A DNA stretch of 64,000 bases from Octopus vulgaris. Taxonomy: Eukaryota. How positions within the stretch are numbered: the stretch's first letter is position 1; the number at the start of each line of letters is the position of its first letter. Positions 43,568 to 56,814 of this stretch are shown here, piece after piece. Position numbers and translations under genes: made by a program. The stretch is taken from assembly GCA_951406725.2 (NCBI GenBank), contig OX597831.1, forward strand, positions 56,296,001-56,360,000, given 5' to 3'. Below the pieces are notes generated by a model. That model saw only the letters and a list, made by a program, of their open reading frames with translations. It was not told the DNA's origin and did no database searches.

Positions 43568-44429
43568 TACAATCTGATTGGCTATATAGATAACTTGACC
43601 ATATTTTATGTTGCCTCTCAACAGTGACTTCTAATGGTTTAGGTGCTGTCCCTGCCTCCATATCTTTAATTGGAAATTGCTTTATCTATCATACTGCCAA
43701 AATAGCCAGTACCACTAGGTACACATTGAGAAAAACCTTCTTACTCCCATGCATTCTCTACAATTAATAGCTTTTCATACCTTTTTCTTCTCAGAACCAC
43801 TAAATGAAAGTGTGCCATCAGTACACATTTCTGAAAAAAGCCTGTTTCATGCATGCGTGCGCATGTTTGTCTGTGTGAATGGTCACAAAACTATGCTGAA
43901 ATACTGGTCGAGTTTGTTGATATTTTCTGACAATGAATTATCTACTAGCTCTGTGTTTTTGATTTCCTATGGGATAAATAATCCTTACTTTACAAAATAG
44001 CTAATGGTTGGCAGCAGATGTGCATTCTTCTTAGACAGAAGAAAACTGCCTCAGTTTTCTTCTGTCTAAGGCATGCAGCATATAAAACAGATGTTAAATG
44101 AATAAACGATATATAATACTGGTTGAAGAAATATAAGCAAGAACTTTTAAGAAAGGTTAGTCTTCAAATATTTGCTATTTATACACTAAAATGGCTTTAA
44201 TCAGTTTCATTCATTTGTAATGAGAACTTGTTATGTCAATATTTTATTACTCTGATTTAAAGTTTGCGGTGAATTGTTTTGCAGTGAAACAGCTGTACCA
44301 TTAGCAGAATATATTTCACAAAGGGAACTTGCAACCAAATTCTAAAGCTTTCTTAGTTTATGGGCTAGGCCCTCCTAGGGAGAAAAGAATGGAAAATATT
44401 ATATATATATTAATTTTAAAGTTGCGTTA

Positions 44430-44670
44430 AGGCAGTGAACTAGCAGAATTGTTAGCACGCCTCACAGCATTTTGTCTGTCTTTACATTATGAGTTCAAAT
44501 ACCAATGAGGTTGACTTTGCCTTTCATCCATTTGAGCTTTTGAGGTTGATAAAATAAGTATCAGTTGAGCACTAGGGTCAATAAAATAATTATCAGTTGA
44601 ACACTGGGTTGATGTAATTGACTTATCCCCTCCCCAGAATTGCTGGCCTTGTGCCAAAATTTGAAGCCAA
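44430..44670 (+). mobile_element. SINE with GCCTTTCATCC..GATAAAATAAGTA core
   Basis: Same family as 56815-57035 and 57842-58093; inverted partial copy at 44778-44920; another copy at 18545-18655 (-). Confidence 0.75.
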
Positions 44671-44920
44671 TTTTAGAGTTGAGTTGCTATTAAAATTTCA
44701 TTAGTATTGTTAGTTTTTCATTTTTTTTTTTGAGAAACCTGAATCAACAATAACTTTAGATTTTAATGGCATCAATATTGGTTTCAAATTTTGACACAAA
44801 GCCAAGTTTCAAAGAAGGGGCTAAGTTGATTACATTGATCCCAGTGCTCAACTGGTACTTATTTTATTGACCCCAAAAGGATGAATGGCAAAATCAACCC
44901 CAGCAGCATTTGAACTCAGC

Positions 44921-45250
44921 AGAGGCAAAGTGACTGAGCTCCTTTTGAACGTTGGGTTTCACAGAGGCAACAACTGAGACCTTAGGCATTGTCGTATTTG
45001 AGAAAACCCATCAAGCCTAGCAAAATCACAGCCGTGGCAGATACTGGTGCCATGCAAATGGGACTTGTGTCAGTGGCATGTAAAAGCACCCATTACACTC
45101 TCAGAGTGGTTGGCATTAGGAAGGCATCTAGCCTAAGAAAAACCATGCCAAATCAAATTGGGGCCTGGTGCAGCCTTCCAACTTACCAGCCCTGGTCAAA
45201 TCGTCCAACCCATGCTAGCATGGACAACGGACGTTAAATGATGATGATGA
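44921..45250 (+). mobile_element. RTE 3'UTR fragment
   Basis: Colinear with 61965-62328; (GAT)n tail. Confidence 0.8.
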
Positions 45251-45819
45251 ATGTAGACAGAAATGCTGCTAGGCATTTTTCCTGATGTACTAACAATTCT
45301 GCCAGCTTGCTGCCTTCTAATTGCATTAATATAGATTTCTCAGTCACAAAGAGATAGGTCCAGGTATGACTCTGTGATTAAGAAATTTACTTCCAACTAC
45401 ATGGTAATGTGCAACTATAAACTTGGGTTGACCAAAGTCTCATAAGTGAAATTTCATTAACTCTTGTTTTGCTTCAGTGCTATACTGTTCTAAAGAATGC
45501 ATCTATAGATTTTTTTTTTAATATATAAAGCCAGATATAACCACTTTGCCTTTATATACTTTATATATATCTTCAAGGACAGATAAAGAGGAATCAGCTT
45601 TGCTAATATCAAATTCTATGTTGGGATTTTCTCAGTAACTAAGCACACTTTAACTGTATACGGGATACTGCCTTTAAACTTCCTGTTACTTAGGGTTTAA
45701 ATAAATTGGGGAAATCAACTGGTATATATATGTTGGTCTGCATATTGTTATAAATTACTGGTGCACTGACAGTATTTCACTCTCAAATACCATATTGGAC
45801 TACAGTATATATAAATACA

Positions 45820-46165
45820 AGTGCTAGCATAGCTTTGTGGCAAAAATTTTGATTTTGGATTTCCAGCCATGTAGTTCTGGGTTCACCTAAGCCTTGTAAA
45901 AGGAAACTGAAAGAAGTCCTTCGTATATGTGTGTGTGTTTGTGTCTCGTCACCATGACATTGTATAACAGATGCAAATGATTGTTAGTGTCATACAAGTA
46001 GGGTCCTTCATTTCCAATATTCTGCAAAAGTATGTCTGGTCACAGGGAAATATCACCTTGCTTGGAAACAAGAAGGGCATTGGGTTGTAGAAAATTTGCC
46101 TCAATAAGCTCCGTCCAACCCATGCAAGCATAGAAAAGTGGGTGTTAAATGATGATGATGATGAC
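45820..46165 (+). mobile_element. SINE with RTE-type tail
   Basis: GGAAACTGAAAGAAG, CTTGGAAACA..AAGGGCAT, (GAT)n. Confidence 0.7.
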
Positions 46166-46542
46166 ATCATGTAGTACAGCAGACAGAAACTATGGAAGAA
46201 CACTGGAGGAACCATTTCTGTTCTGGGGAGATAAACAAGACCTATCATCCAGTTTAACACCATCATCTAGCCCTTGGTACCTTTTCTGGAGCCTACTTAT
46301 CTTCAAGTATTCAAGTCAGCTCTCCATAGCAAAAATAACATACACCCATTAATCTCAGGTCCTGAAAAAGGTCATAAGTACTACCCATCCTATTTTGACT
46401 CTACCACATTGAAAAAAAAAGAGAGATTTAGAGGAGTCATATAGCTGATTTAATACATATAACTGGAGCCTGGAACTTATTTTACATATCCCAAAAGGAT
46501 ATAAGGTCAAATTTGAACTCAAAACTGAAAAGATTAGTTTAA

Positions 46543-46746
46543 CCCTTTAGCATTTGAACTGACATATCTAACCCAAATGTTCAAACTGGCTAGATCCAGC
46601 CTCTCACATCTATCCTACAATGTCATTTTAAAAATTAATAATCACATCATAAAAACATTGAAACTGGAAGATCAGGCCAGATTAATTAAAAGCAGTGTGA
46701 GTATTTAAGCATTACATTTTTGACAGATAATCTGAATGCTAAAGGA
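46543..46746. mobile_element. piggyBac-like MITE, copy 2
   Basis: TTAA-flanked; similar to 41152-41350. Confidence 0.85.
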
Positions 46747-47932
46747 TTAATAACAACAAGACAGGAAACTACATCAGATGTACATTCCCAACCCCCATTT
46801 ACAAACTTGCAATAATACCCATTTCACTGAAATTTATGGGCTTTTTGTAACATTCCTAGACATCACAACTGTATCATTTGGTCTTCCAGCTTGTGGTTTA
46901 TCATTAAGAGAACTAATTCTAAAGGAATACATCACTTTAAAATGAGATTGATGATTTCAAAGTGAGTACATTTCACTTTTCAAAATTTCTTCCACTGAAT
47001 TGACAAAGTATCCTCTTGCAGTCATCAATCTCACTTTAAAGTGACAATATTTCTCTTTGAAGAAAAATCTGCTCATTTATAAGAGGTAAAACTGTAGTCT
47101 TCTTGAATTGAATTTCCTTTTCAAATGGGAGTCTAATTTTCATACAACAACCCATAAAATATGGATGACAATTTTCACTAAGTGGTGCAATTAATATTGT
47201 AAAGGATTATATTATTTGGAAAAGACCCCCTAAAACTATTGAATAAAGATTTTACTCAACTTTTAGAAGCTATTAGAAACTATAGTGAATACCTCACAAA
47301 GGTATATTTGTAGCACACACTGATATGATGTAAATCCAGATTTAGTTTGGTTTTGTCACCAATTAAGTCTACCTCCAGAACAACTTGAGTCAGTATCAAA
47401 TTACCTCACTATTTTCTAGTTCAGTCACTAATATGCCTACTGTATAAAGACCAGCAGCAGCAAGTTTCTTATATCGATCACTTTTCAGAACAAACAACTG
47501 GTATGCTATTTCTTTCACAAACTGGTATCAAATGAGCCTATATCATCAACTACTAAAACTAATTTCTGAAATCTGTCATGTAGAACAGTGACCAGCTCAA
47601 CAGTTATACCACTCTAACAGGGAGTGCCATGAGCTCACACTTAGAACACTTGTGAACTTCAAATCATTAGCAAGTTCATCACCTTTTGTAACTAGTTTTA
47701 TCACTGCAGAACTCTACAACAGACTATTTCATTTCCCAACTTAGTTACTCAGTGAGAATGCATAGTAGCAACTAGGATTGCAAAACCAATTGAATACACA
47801 GAACATTTTACAGACTCACTTGCACAAAAAAAAATATACAAACTAGATTTACTTGGAGTTCGTACACACATCATGCAAACCCACTTGCATTTTACAGATG
47901 CATACATATATATATATATATATATACATACA

Positions 47933-48074
47933 CAGTAGTACCTCGGTTTTTGAACAACTCTGATCATGAATAAATCATGCTTTATACATACATACATATA
48001 TATAGATATATATATATATACATAAAGCATGACTTATTCATGATCAGAGTTGTTCAAAGACCAAGGTTCTACTG
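47933..48074. mobile_element. Tigger/pogo-like palindromic MITE in (TA)n
   Basis: 53-bp arms 47933-47985/48022-48074 with 4 mismatches; CAGTAG.ACCT ends. Confidence 0.8.
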
Positions 48075-48519
48075 TATATATATGTATATAAGCCATACCA
48101 CAACCTTTGTAGAAGACTGTTTTCACTTCTGTATATGTAACATTCATCCAATTATTTTTGCCATCAAAGATGAAGCCTCACATCGTATGTACAGTTTATT
48201 ATGGTTGATCATGGCCTGTCGCTAAACTAATTTATGAACCAGTAGAGAATGCTGATAAAATCATTTTAACTGTTTTGGTCAAATTTCCAATACTCTACAT
48301 AAGCATAGCACAATCAGTTTTTCAACAGCACGTACAAAAATATTTATACTTCTGACACTTGCATTAAATACATTAACATAATTTGTAATGTTTCATGCAG
48401 CATGAGTTCATGGCTCTTCCCCCACGAGTTTATTCTTTTAAGTAAATTATACCACTAAATTCTCATAAGCCAAAATATCGTACCTTGTCTACTCCTGAAA
48501 TTCGGGAGTAATAGACTGA

Positions 48520-48555
48520 TTTGCTGATGAGGTCTAATAACGAAACATGTGCAGA
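48520..48555 (+). ncRNA. Degenerate minimal hammerhead ribozyme motif
   Basis: TTTG-CTGATGA-GGTCTAATAAC-GAAA-CATGT-G-CAGA; palindromic ACATGT stem III. Confidence 0.45.
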
Positions 48556-50061
48556 GTTGTCACCATATGTTCAAACTCACTGAATTCTTTAAAATTAAAT
48601 TCCTGAATTGTCCTTCGTCTTTCATCAACAGAAATAGTAATTAAAACCATGATTTATTTCCAGCTCATCATTGTGTAATTTTAATTAATTATATTTTCTT
48701 AGCTCACTGCATTAAAGTATGTTAGCGCCTACTTTACTATTAATTATTCATGAAGCAGGTATCCTTGGGTATTTTTCTCTAGTCATTCGTCAATAGAACG
48801 TTAGAACATGGCCTATTCGTCATTTATCACGAAAGGTTCATGTACTCAATACCAACTACCTTAGCAGATTTTACTAAAAATCAAGTTTTTCTCAATGTGA
48901 TGGTTTCGAATTTATATGAATTCCATTTGAAGTAAATTTACAAAACTGAATAATAAAGTAAATTGTTAATACTAGTTGATGGCAACCAGTTACGGAATTA
49001 TTGGCGATCTTCATGTCAGATATGCACAATTACAGTAAGCAAGGATGACGACTGCTATTGATATTAATAAAATGTGTTTAAAGCATAGTTTTAAAACTTG
49101 ATTCTCCTATCCATAAATTAACAGTGTTCATTCTATTTACGATATAACAGTAATCAGAATTCAGTATCGAGATAATTATGTTATTAATTAATATTAAGAA
49201 TCAGTGATATATCCCAAAGCTCCCATGTAAGCAAAACACGTGGATGAAAATACAAAAAAAATATGAAAAAATTAAACAAATAAGCAATGTGCTTTTCCCG
49301 TCCTATGGAGTTAAAGAAAGTAAAAACTAAAATAAAAAGTAAATATCTTTCAATAATTTATTATTGGTAACCATCAGTGAAATAATAGTGTCCAATAAAT
49401 TTTATCTTCAGCGTTACAATAGTTGTGTAAACGAACTATTACTATAGCACCGTATATGGGTTGAATATCATGAATTTAGGATAGTGATGGAATTGAGGGT
49501 AGGGGGAGATTCAAACTGAGTTCCATCTATAGCAAATGTTTTTCAATAACCTTAAAGCTGCAGTTAACACACTTATATCACATTTTATATAATTGCGTAC
49601 CTTGTGATTTCACACCATTTTTTTCCCGCCAGGACTGCATTAGTAATCAACATATAGTTAGTTTTATCAGACATTAACGTTTCTTATAACTTATAAGCTA
49701 TATTATATAGGTACCTATTATATAGTTATGGACTTAAATTTTTACTGGAAATAACAGATGCCTACTCAAATAAAAATTAAGCATTTGTAATATTAATTGA
49801 TTCTGGCAGAAAATTGAATTTTTCCCACCTCATATTAAAGCGTAAAATCATTTTATTTCTAAATATGTTTTCTAATTACGCAGGTTTGTGTTCTCTGTTA
49901 TATTAGATAAACAACGGTTGCCTTTATTATTATTCTTATTCAAAACTGTTACTTTATAATACTCATAATATATTTTATAAAGTGAAATCAGCTCAAGAAT
50001 ACATTCGATATTATGCTAGAACAATATATTTCAAAAATTTCCTAACTGCTCATTAGACATG

Positions 50062-50394
50062 AGTGAAAAGGAGGTGAAGGATGTTTATCCTCACTATAAA
50101 AAAAATGAATAAAATCAAGTAAATAATCGAAAAAACTGTTATTTCATTTTAGAAGGAAAAATATTTTTTCTCCCTCATGAAGAAAAATGCATAGTATCTT
50201 TTTATTGTTATTTTAAATAAGATACTTGCAGAGAAAGAGGTGAAAGATAGCTTAGTCACTAAAAATAAGGCATGAAATAAAGTAAATAATCAAGATAGTT
50301 ATTCATTTTCAAAAGAAAAATGTTTATTTTTTTTCTTTCTCTAATGAAGAAAAACGCATAGTATCTTTTATTATTATTTTAAATAAGATACTTG
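50062..50394 (+). repeat. Two-copy ~167-bp diverged tandem duplication
   Basis: Both units end ATGAAGAAAAA.GCATAGTATCTTTT..ATTTTAAATAAGATACTTG (50228, 50394). Confidence 0.85.
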
Positions 50395-51399
50395 GATAGA
50401 GAGAGAATAAAGCAATGGTAACGGATAAAAATATGTCGACTGCGCAACACAGTGGTTAAATATTGCAACAATTGTAAAGAAAATAAGGGAGATTAATTTT
50501 CATTTTGGCGCTACATACACTCACGTGATCTTTCTAGAGACAGGTGAGGACGACGGCCGTTCTCTAGCGTAGCAGACGTTATGATCAAAGACATTCAAGC
50601 CATGACCCTCCCTTGTCATGTTCAAGAATAGCACGCACTAAACTGCATTATCTAATACGTCCTTTTTTTTTATAAAGACTGCGTGTGTCTGTGGAGGGGA
50701 CGTGGTTGAAATTTCGCCGCTATTTCTAGCGTGTTGAACGACTACGTATAACATCCACGTAGGCTTGAATCGATCAATTGTTATTAAAAATAACCAAACT
50801 TATTGCAGTTTCTTCTGTTGGTAAATAAATATAAAATACCAACACCATTATGTTAAATTTCGAACCCCAAAATTTAAGAACATCTCTCATTCGGTGTATA
50901 TAAAATCATTACAAAATTTTCTTTCGATATTTAAAATTAAAATTGATATTATAGATATGCTACTAGTATATTGTATACATTATTATATAATGTATATTAT
51001 ATATATATATATATAATATACATATATATCCTATTTATATATATATGTAATAGAGATGTAAATAGGTTTATAAATGTATCTGTGTACAAATATATACGTA
51101 TTTGTTTATATAATAGATTATATATATATATATACATATATACACGTCTATACATGTCTGTACATGTGTATATACATATATAATTTTAAGGTGTGTAAAT
51201 TTCGAAAGCATTACCATTTTCGTCAGCAAATATTGTCCAAGTTGTCTTCAGATTGGATACCACGTATCTTGGCATGCCAACATGGAGTCAGCCAGACCAG
51301 CTTCCCACGAAAAAGAAATCTACGCATTTAGTCGACAAGACAATAAGCTATTACTATTGTGTACAAACGAAAGTTTCAATAAATAATGATGAGATTCTA

Positions 51400-52060
51400 C
51401 AAGTGAAGAAAATGGCACAGAGAGTTTTAAAAGTCGTTACAAAACTCTCATGATAAATGTGGCGATTGATACGGATAAGGGTCGATTTCCCTCGAAGGAG
51501 AATGACCGCCATCACGAGATTTTTGCGCTTAACTAGTTGAGCGAAGCTGAGAGACTGACAACAAAAGGCCAGCAGAAACAGTAGTTGGTGTTGAGGGTTG
51601 GGGTGGGTTCAGATTGCATTCAACATGCTGTCAAAACAGTTTTAAAATGAACAAAAACTTGTCTTTATTTTGAAAGCCAAAACGAAAATAATTTTTAAAT
51701 TTTTTTAATAAAAAAAAAAAAAAAAAAGACAGTTTATTCTTTGTACTCTTTGTAAGCATGAGAATGATGATTCTGTTTTCGGAAGCATCATTTATGAGTA
51801 TCAAACATTTTTAACATGGCTGTAGAATAAACGAAAATATCGAATTTTTATTAATATTATTTATTCGAAATATATTTCCAATATTTATAATAAACTATTC
51901 AAATATTAAATATATATATAATGTTCAGTTAATTTTATGGAATAATGTTCTACAAGTCGCATGTTTGTGAGCGCCGCCAAACTATTGTTATGTCATGGCG
52001 TCGTCCTCATGACGCCCACATACAAGCGAGCTTTATAATATGATTAGAATTATTAATAGA
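51400..52060. promoter_or_regulatory. Second promoter-like region
   Basis: CpG-enriched patches with AAAATGGC, CCGCCAT, AACATGGC, CATGGCGTC and GCGCCGCC motifs in an otherwise AT-rich background. Confidence 0.35.
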
Positions 52061-53629
52061 CCATACAAGTTAAAGCGAGGAATACAATTAAGTCTTCCTA
52101 TGCAGCTTGTTAGGTTGTTGTTTTTCTTGTTTTTTTTCTTATCTCAAATCCCTATAATTATTATTCCAAGAATGATGATTATATTACTACTTTTAAATTC
52201 TGACAGAAAGTTGATTAATTCTTTTAAGTTTACTGTAATTAAAATATAGAATTGTGATTCTTTAAAAATTAAATTTTTAATCAGATATTAAATGGAAATT
52301 TCATGTCTTCAATTTTTTAAAATAGAAATAATATATACTGTACAAAAAATTTCAGGAAAAAAAAGCATTGAGTTGTTTTTTTTTTAATGACTGCTAAAAT
52401 AGAGCAAACTTTCTTATGTTTGGTAATGTCTTGGGTGAGATAAACTAGGTTTCGATATTTCCCAGATATTTAAGACAAGGTAGCAGCCATTTAAACATAA
52501 ATGTTAAGACACATCACAGGAGGGGGATATGGAGACATGTAAGCTGACAGGAATCATCTAATACAATGTATTTTCATTGCACATACATACACACACACTT
52601 ATATGTGTGTATATGTATGTGTTGCTTGTATCATGTATGTGTGTCTGTATGTATATGTATATATATATATAGGATCTTTTCCTTTTATTTAAACAAATGT
52701 TTATATATCGTATTACTGTTGAATAAATTACTAATCTTTACAAGAGGCAGATACGTAAAAATACATTGTATATTAATAATTTTAAAGGATTTGATTAAAT
52801 GGAAATACAAACTAAAGTAGAAATTGCTTCAATGCTTTATTGTAATATGAAAAAACATTTTTATTGTTAGGGCCAAACTAAACTAAACGCTCTAAAATAA
52901 AAACGATTACATTTAGTAATTCCATCATTCAATGAGAAAAGGACAGTGTTACAGGAAAATATTATTTCTATTGTGGTCTTCTTTAAGCAAATGTTTACTT
53001 TGATTCAAAAACCACTTATTACTCCAAGAGTAAAAACTTTTACAAGAAGCATGTTCCTTAGACAATTAGTGAATTTTTCATACATAAAAGAACAATTTAT
53101 ATTTTAACAACAAATTTTTCGTTATATTATTTTCTCATAATTTTAGAATTCAGTCACCAAAAGAATAAATAATTTTAATACTCTAATGAGACAAAATGTA
53201 CTTTTAGGGATAAGCAATGGAATTTAAGAAGCCAAACAATTGGTTTGCATTAATAATAAATTCCTTTTGTCACACATATTTTAATAAATTGTTGAACAGA
53301 AGACTTCACACCTGGGTACCTGTTCTTGCATATGCATTAAATGTTTGAACACACACATACATGTACACATACATTATATACATACATAAGATCATTTTGA
53401 TGATGATGAACAATTGGAAAGGGTGTGTTATCACTGATTTGCAAGCTTCCTGCCTCAGAAATGGAACTTCCCTTCACCAACTTGACCTTGGTTAGCTGTG
53501 TCAGATGCATCATTATTCTATTTGTTCATTTTTTTGAAACACCTCTACCAATTATCAAGAACAACCTACAGAGAAATGAAACTAACAAACCAAAGAAAAC
53601 ATGGAACCAAGACCAACATACCAATGATA

Positions 53630-54480
53630 TCTAAATAGATACCATGCATCTTATCTATTACCTGAATTGTAATTTTTTCCATAACTTTCATAACCTGGCC
53701 CAATAATTTGACTTCTGCAATCGCTTCTCTCTGATGCATCTTCTTTGCTTTGTAGTATTCGACAATGAGGATGCTATGTCAGTCAATGAGTATAACACTT
53801 TCCTGTATAACGTGATTGACTACATAAGTGAATAGCTTCTGCCCTACTATCTCAGACATATCAATTATCTCAGTGACTATTAATGATAGACCATATGCTT
53901 TACTTGCTTCCATAACCTTAATTATGCTTACTACGATACTGCTAGAATCTTGAAATGCTTGTTGGTACTTCTGTTGGGTCTATCCAGAAAAGACCCTCTT
54001 TCTCTTATGCATTTTCCATATGCAATGACTTCTTGTATAATAGCACTTCTATACTTTTTACTTTTTAGCATCAGTACCTTAATAATTTCACACAATAATT
54101 ATCAAAGTATGTGCACCTTAATAATTTCACACTTCTCTCTAATGGTGTCTTGATGCTCGTCCATACAATGTTTTGCAATCTGAAACACTTTGAGCTTCTG
54201 ATCTTCATATTACATAATACTGGAAAACCTCTTTCTGCTGCACCTCTTGCAAAGTATACCTAATTTCTCATCTAGCTGCTTGGTATTGCTCTATACCCCT
54301 CTCTTTCTTCCAGTCCTTTCAGGTTCTTCCCTTAGCTTTTATTATTCCATCACCATGCTACATTCCATCTGGTTGGAACCTCACTCACAAACCTCATCTG
54401 TTGCCCTCTGCAGGTTTTCACATAGGAACTTCCAGTTGTTTTTTATGTTATATGTTTCTACTTTCACTTCCTGTTTGTAA
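53630..54480 (-). mobile_element. Decayed RTE LINE fragment
   Basis: Colinear with 28580-28860 (CCATAACTTTCATAACCTGG.CCAA.AAT). Confidence 0.7.
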
Positions 54481-54941
54481 AATGCTTCAGTTAGTAGTTC
54501 TCACACTCAGTAATTGTTTGATGGCTCCTTATACTTTCATTTCCATTTCCAAACTGCTTTGAGGCATAGAGTTTCTTTAACTCTTAGTCTGAAGTCACGA
54601 ATCACTAGTTTATTCTTCACTAGAGAAAGACTCAGCATTCAAAACTGATTTTCTATCCTGTTTCTTTGTGATAATGAAGTTTGTCTTGCTTGTGTATTTA
54701 TCAGAAATTAGTGTTACAAATTGTTAAGTTGCATCACAGAAGCAACTTAACAACAGGAGCACTGTTCCTTCCTCATTCTTTGTACTGTATTCACAAGGTA
54801 TATTTGTAATTTTTGTAGAGGACAATTGTACATCTAAGGACCTTCAAATACCAAACTGCTACTGTTAGATAATTGATTCTGAGTAAAGGAGAATTGGGAT
54901 GGTTTTCTCTCTCTTGTATTCTGAAGTTCCAAACAAGAGTT

Positions 54942-54994
<53 letters not shown>

Positions 54995-55578
54995 CATATC
55001 TTCCCCTCCAGATGTTCCAGAGAGTTGACATATAATGTGAAAAGATATTCCCAGTAGTTAAGATTTATGACTTTGCTTATATCTTTGATAGGTAAGGCCT
55101 GGGCTGGTAGAAGACCTTAGTTATGAACAGTAGTCCAACCTGCTCCAAACAGGGATTTCCAAGATGTCAACATCAATGCCAGGTCTCTTATAGTAAATGT
55201 TCTCAGTACCTAGCTACTGAACTCTAGACAGAATATAAATATGTTTAGAGAAGCATGTATTGTTGTCATTGTCATCATCTCCGACACTGCCATTGCTGTA
55301 ATTTAACATCCACTTTCCATGCTGGCATGGTTTCTATGGCTGGATACCCTTCCTAATGCCAACAAAAAAAGTTCTCTGTGGAACAAAAAATAATAATAAT
55401 AAGTCCGTTCGAAGGATTTATAAGTCAGGTTTCTATATGTAGTAGCACTACCAGTAATAATGTAGACTTATAATAATGTACTACCTGCAGCATTAAAAAA
55501 AAAAAAAAAAAAAACTATGGTTCTGTGTGGAATAAAAAATAATTCTGGTTAGAAGAAAAAAAAAATTAAAAAGAATTA

Positions 55579-55989
55579 ATGATACATTTAAAACAAATCA
55601 TGCCAAAAGATTTCAAATGTAAGCAGATATCTGTTGAAATTGAAAATGAACCAGCTAAGAAAGTTAAAATGGACAAAGAAAACGCAAGCCATTTTGTGAT
55701 TGAGGATACTAAACAAGCCCTCCTTGAAAAGACTCCAGATGAAATGTTGATGGAAGTGACTAGTGAAGAACATGTAGAAAATTCTGAAATTAGAGGATTT
55801 GAGCCATCTGTTACAGGAAAAGGTCCTTCTACTGAAAATGATTTGTTGAGGAATCATTCTAATACAAACACTTTAAAAGATAATGACAGTTTGCAAGTAA
55901 CCGATCCAGTCTCTGCCGAGAAAAGTGTAATGAAAGGAAAAGTCGTAGAAATGAAAAATATATATATAATAATGCTGTGTAATTTTTGA
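55579..55989 (+). CDS. Orphan E/K/S-rich ORF, 136 aa, possibly a real exon or a captured gene fragment
   Basis: Long stop-free frame with protein-like, disordered composition and an NLS-like EPAKKVKMD; no family recognised. Confidence 0.4.
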   Translation: MIHLKQIMPKDFKCKQISVEIENEPAKKVKMDKENASHFVIEDTKQALLEKTPDEMLMEVTSEEHVENSEIRGFEPSVTGKGPSTENDLLRNHSNTNTLKDNDSLQVTDPVSAEKSVMKGKVVEMKNIYIIMLCNF

Positions 55990-56491
55990 AAAGAATATAT
56001 ATATATATATATATTCTTGTATGTATAATTCTGTGTGGAACAAGAAGAAATCTAAATAAGAGAAAAACAATTCTGGTTAGAAGAAAAATAAATGAAGCAA
56101 AAAAAAAATAATGTTGTGTTGAAAGGAAAAAGAAAGAAATATATAATTCTTTGTAGAGAATATTTTCTGTTTGGTCAACACTAATTTTCAAATTACTGGG
56201 AGTCTGTTGCTCTACTCATAGTGACGTATAACTGGGCATGTGTAAACACCAGCATGATCTAAAGTCTAGCTCTGTGCCTTGTTTGTTGTGAAAGCACAAG
56301 TGGAATCTTTAGGAATCTGCCCATCTATAATGGGAAATAAAGGGACAGTATCACAAATCTAAATTCATGAACCATACGGGGTGGGGGGAATCCTTGTCAC
56401 TGAAATTTTAACACAAAAATCAAAGGAGATTAATTAATTAATACAAAACTCAATATCTGCTAAATAATGATACATTTTCACATTTTTACCT

Positions 56492-56812
56492 GATTACCGC
56501 CTTTGTAATCCCGAAAAACATCATGACCATTGATCCAGCTGTTTGACCGTAAAAAGGGAACAGACAGACGGACATAATGCTCATTGTAGTAAGAGGTTGA
56601 CTTACTTACCTTAATTTTTATTTACTTTTTTACACCTGTAAATTGAACAATTACCCACAACATCTACCAAATAATCATACTTTTTCATATTTCTTGCACT
56701 AAAAACCTTCCTCATTACTGCCTTTGTAATCCCGAAAAACATCATGACCATTGGTCCAGCTGTTTGACCGTAAAGAGGGAACAGACAGACGGACATAACA
56801 CCCATTATAGTA
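56492..56812 (+). repeat. ~98-bp direct repeat (56492-56590, 56714-56812), Helentron/HINE-like end
   Basis: ATTAC.GCCTTTGTAATCCCGAAAAACATCATGACCATTG.TCCAGCTGTTTGACCGTAAA.AGGGAACAGACAGACGGACATAA repeated. Confidence 0.75.
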
Positions 56813-56814
56813 AA

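Larger units (their letters stand above)
40780..43800 (-). mobile_element. Decayed RTE LINE interrupted by a piggyBac-like MITE and a mariner
   Basis: ORF 41860-42150 MPEGSTTDA.F..R.LQQKYLAK...YLAFVDME..FDRV (RTE RT); the RTE sequence rejoins across the mariner. Confidence 0.85.
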
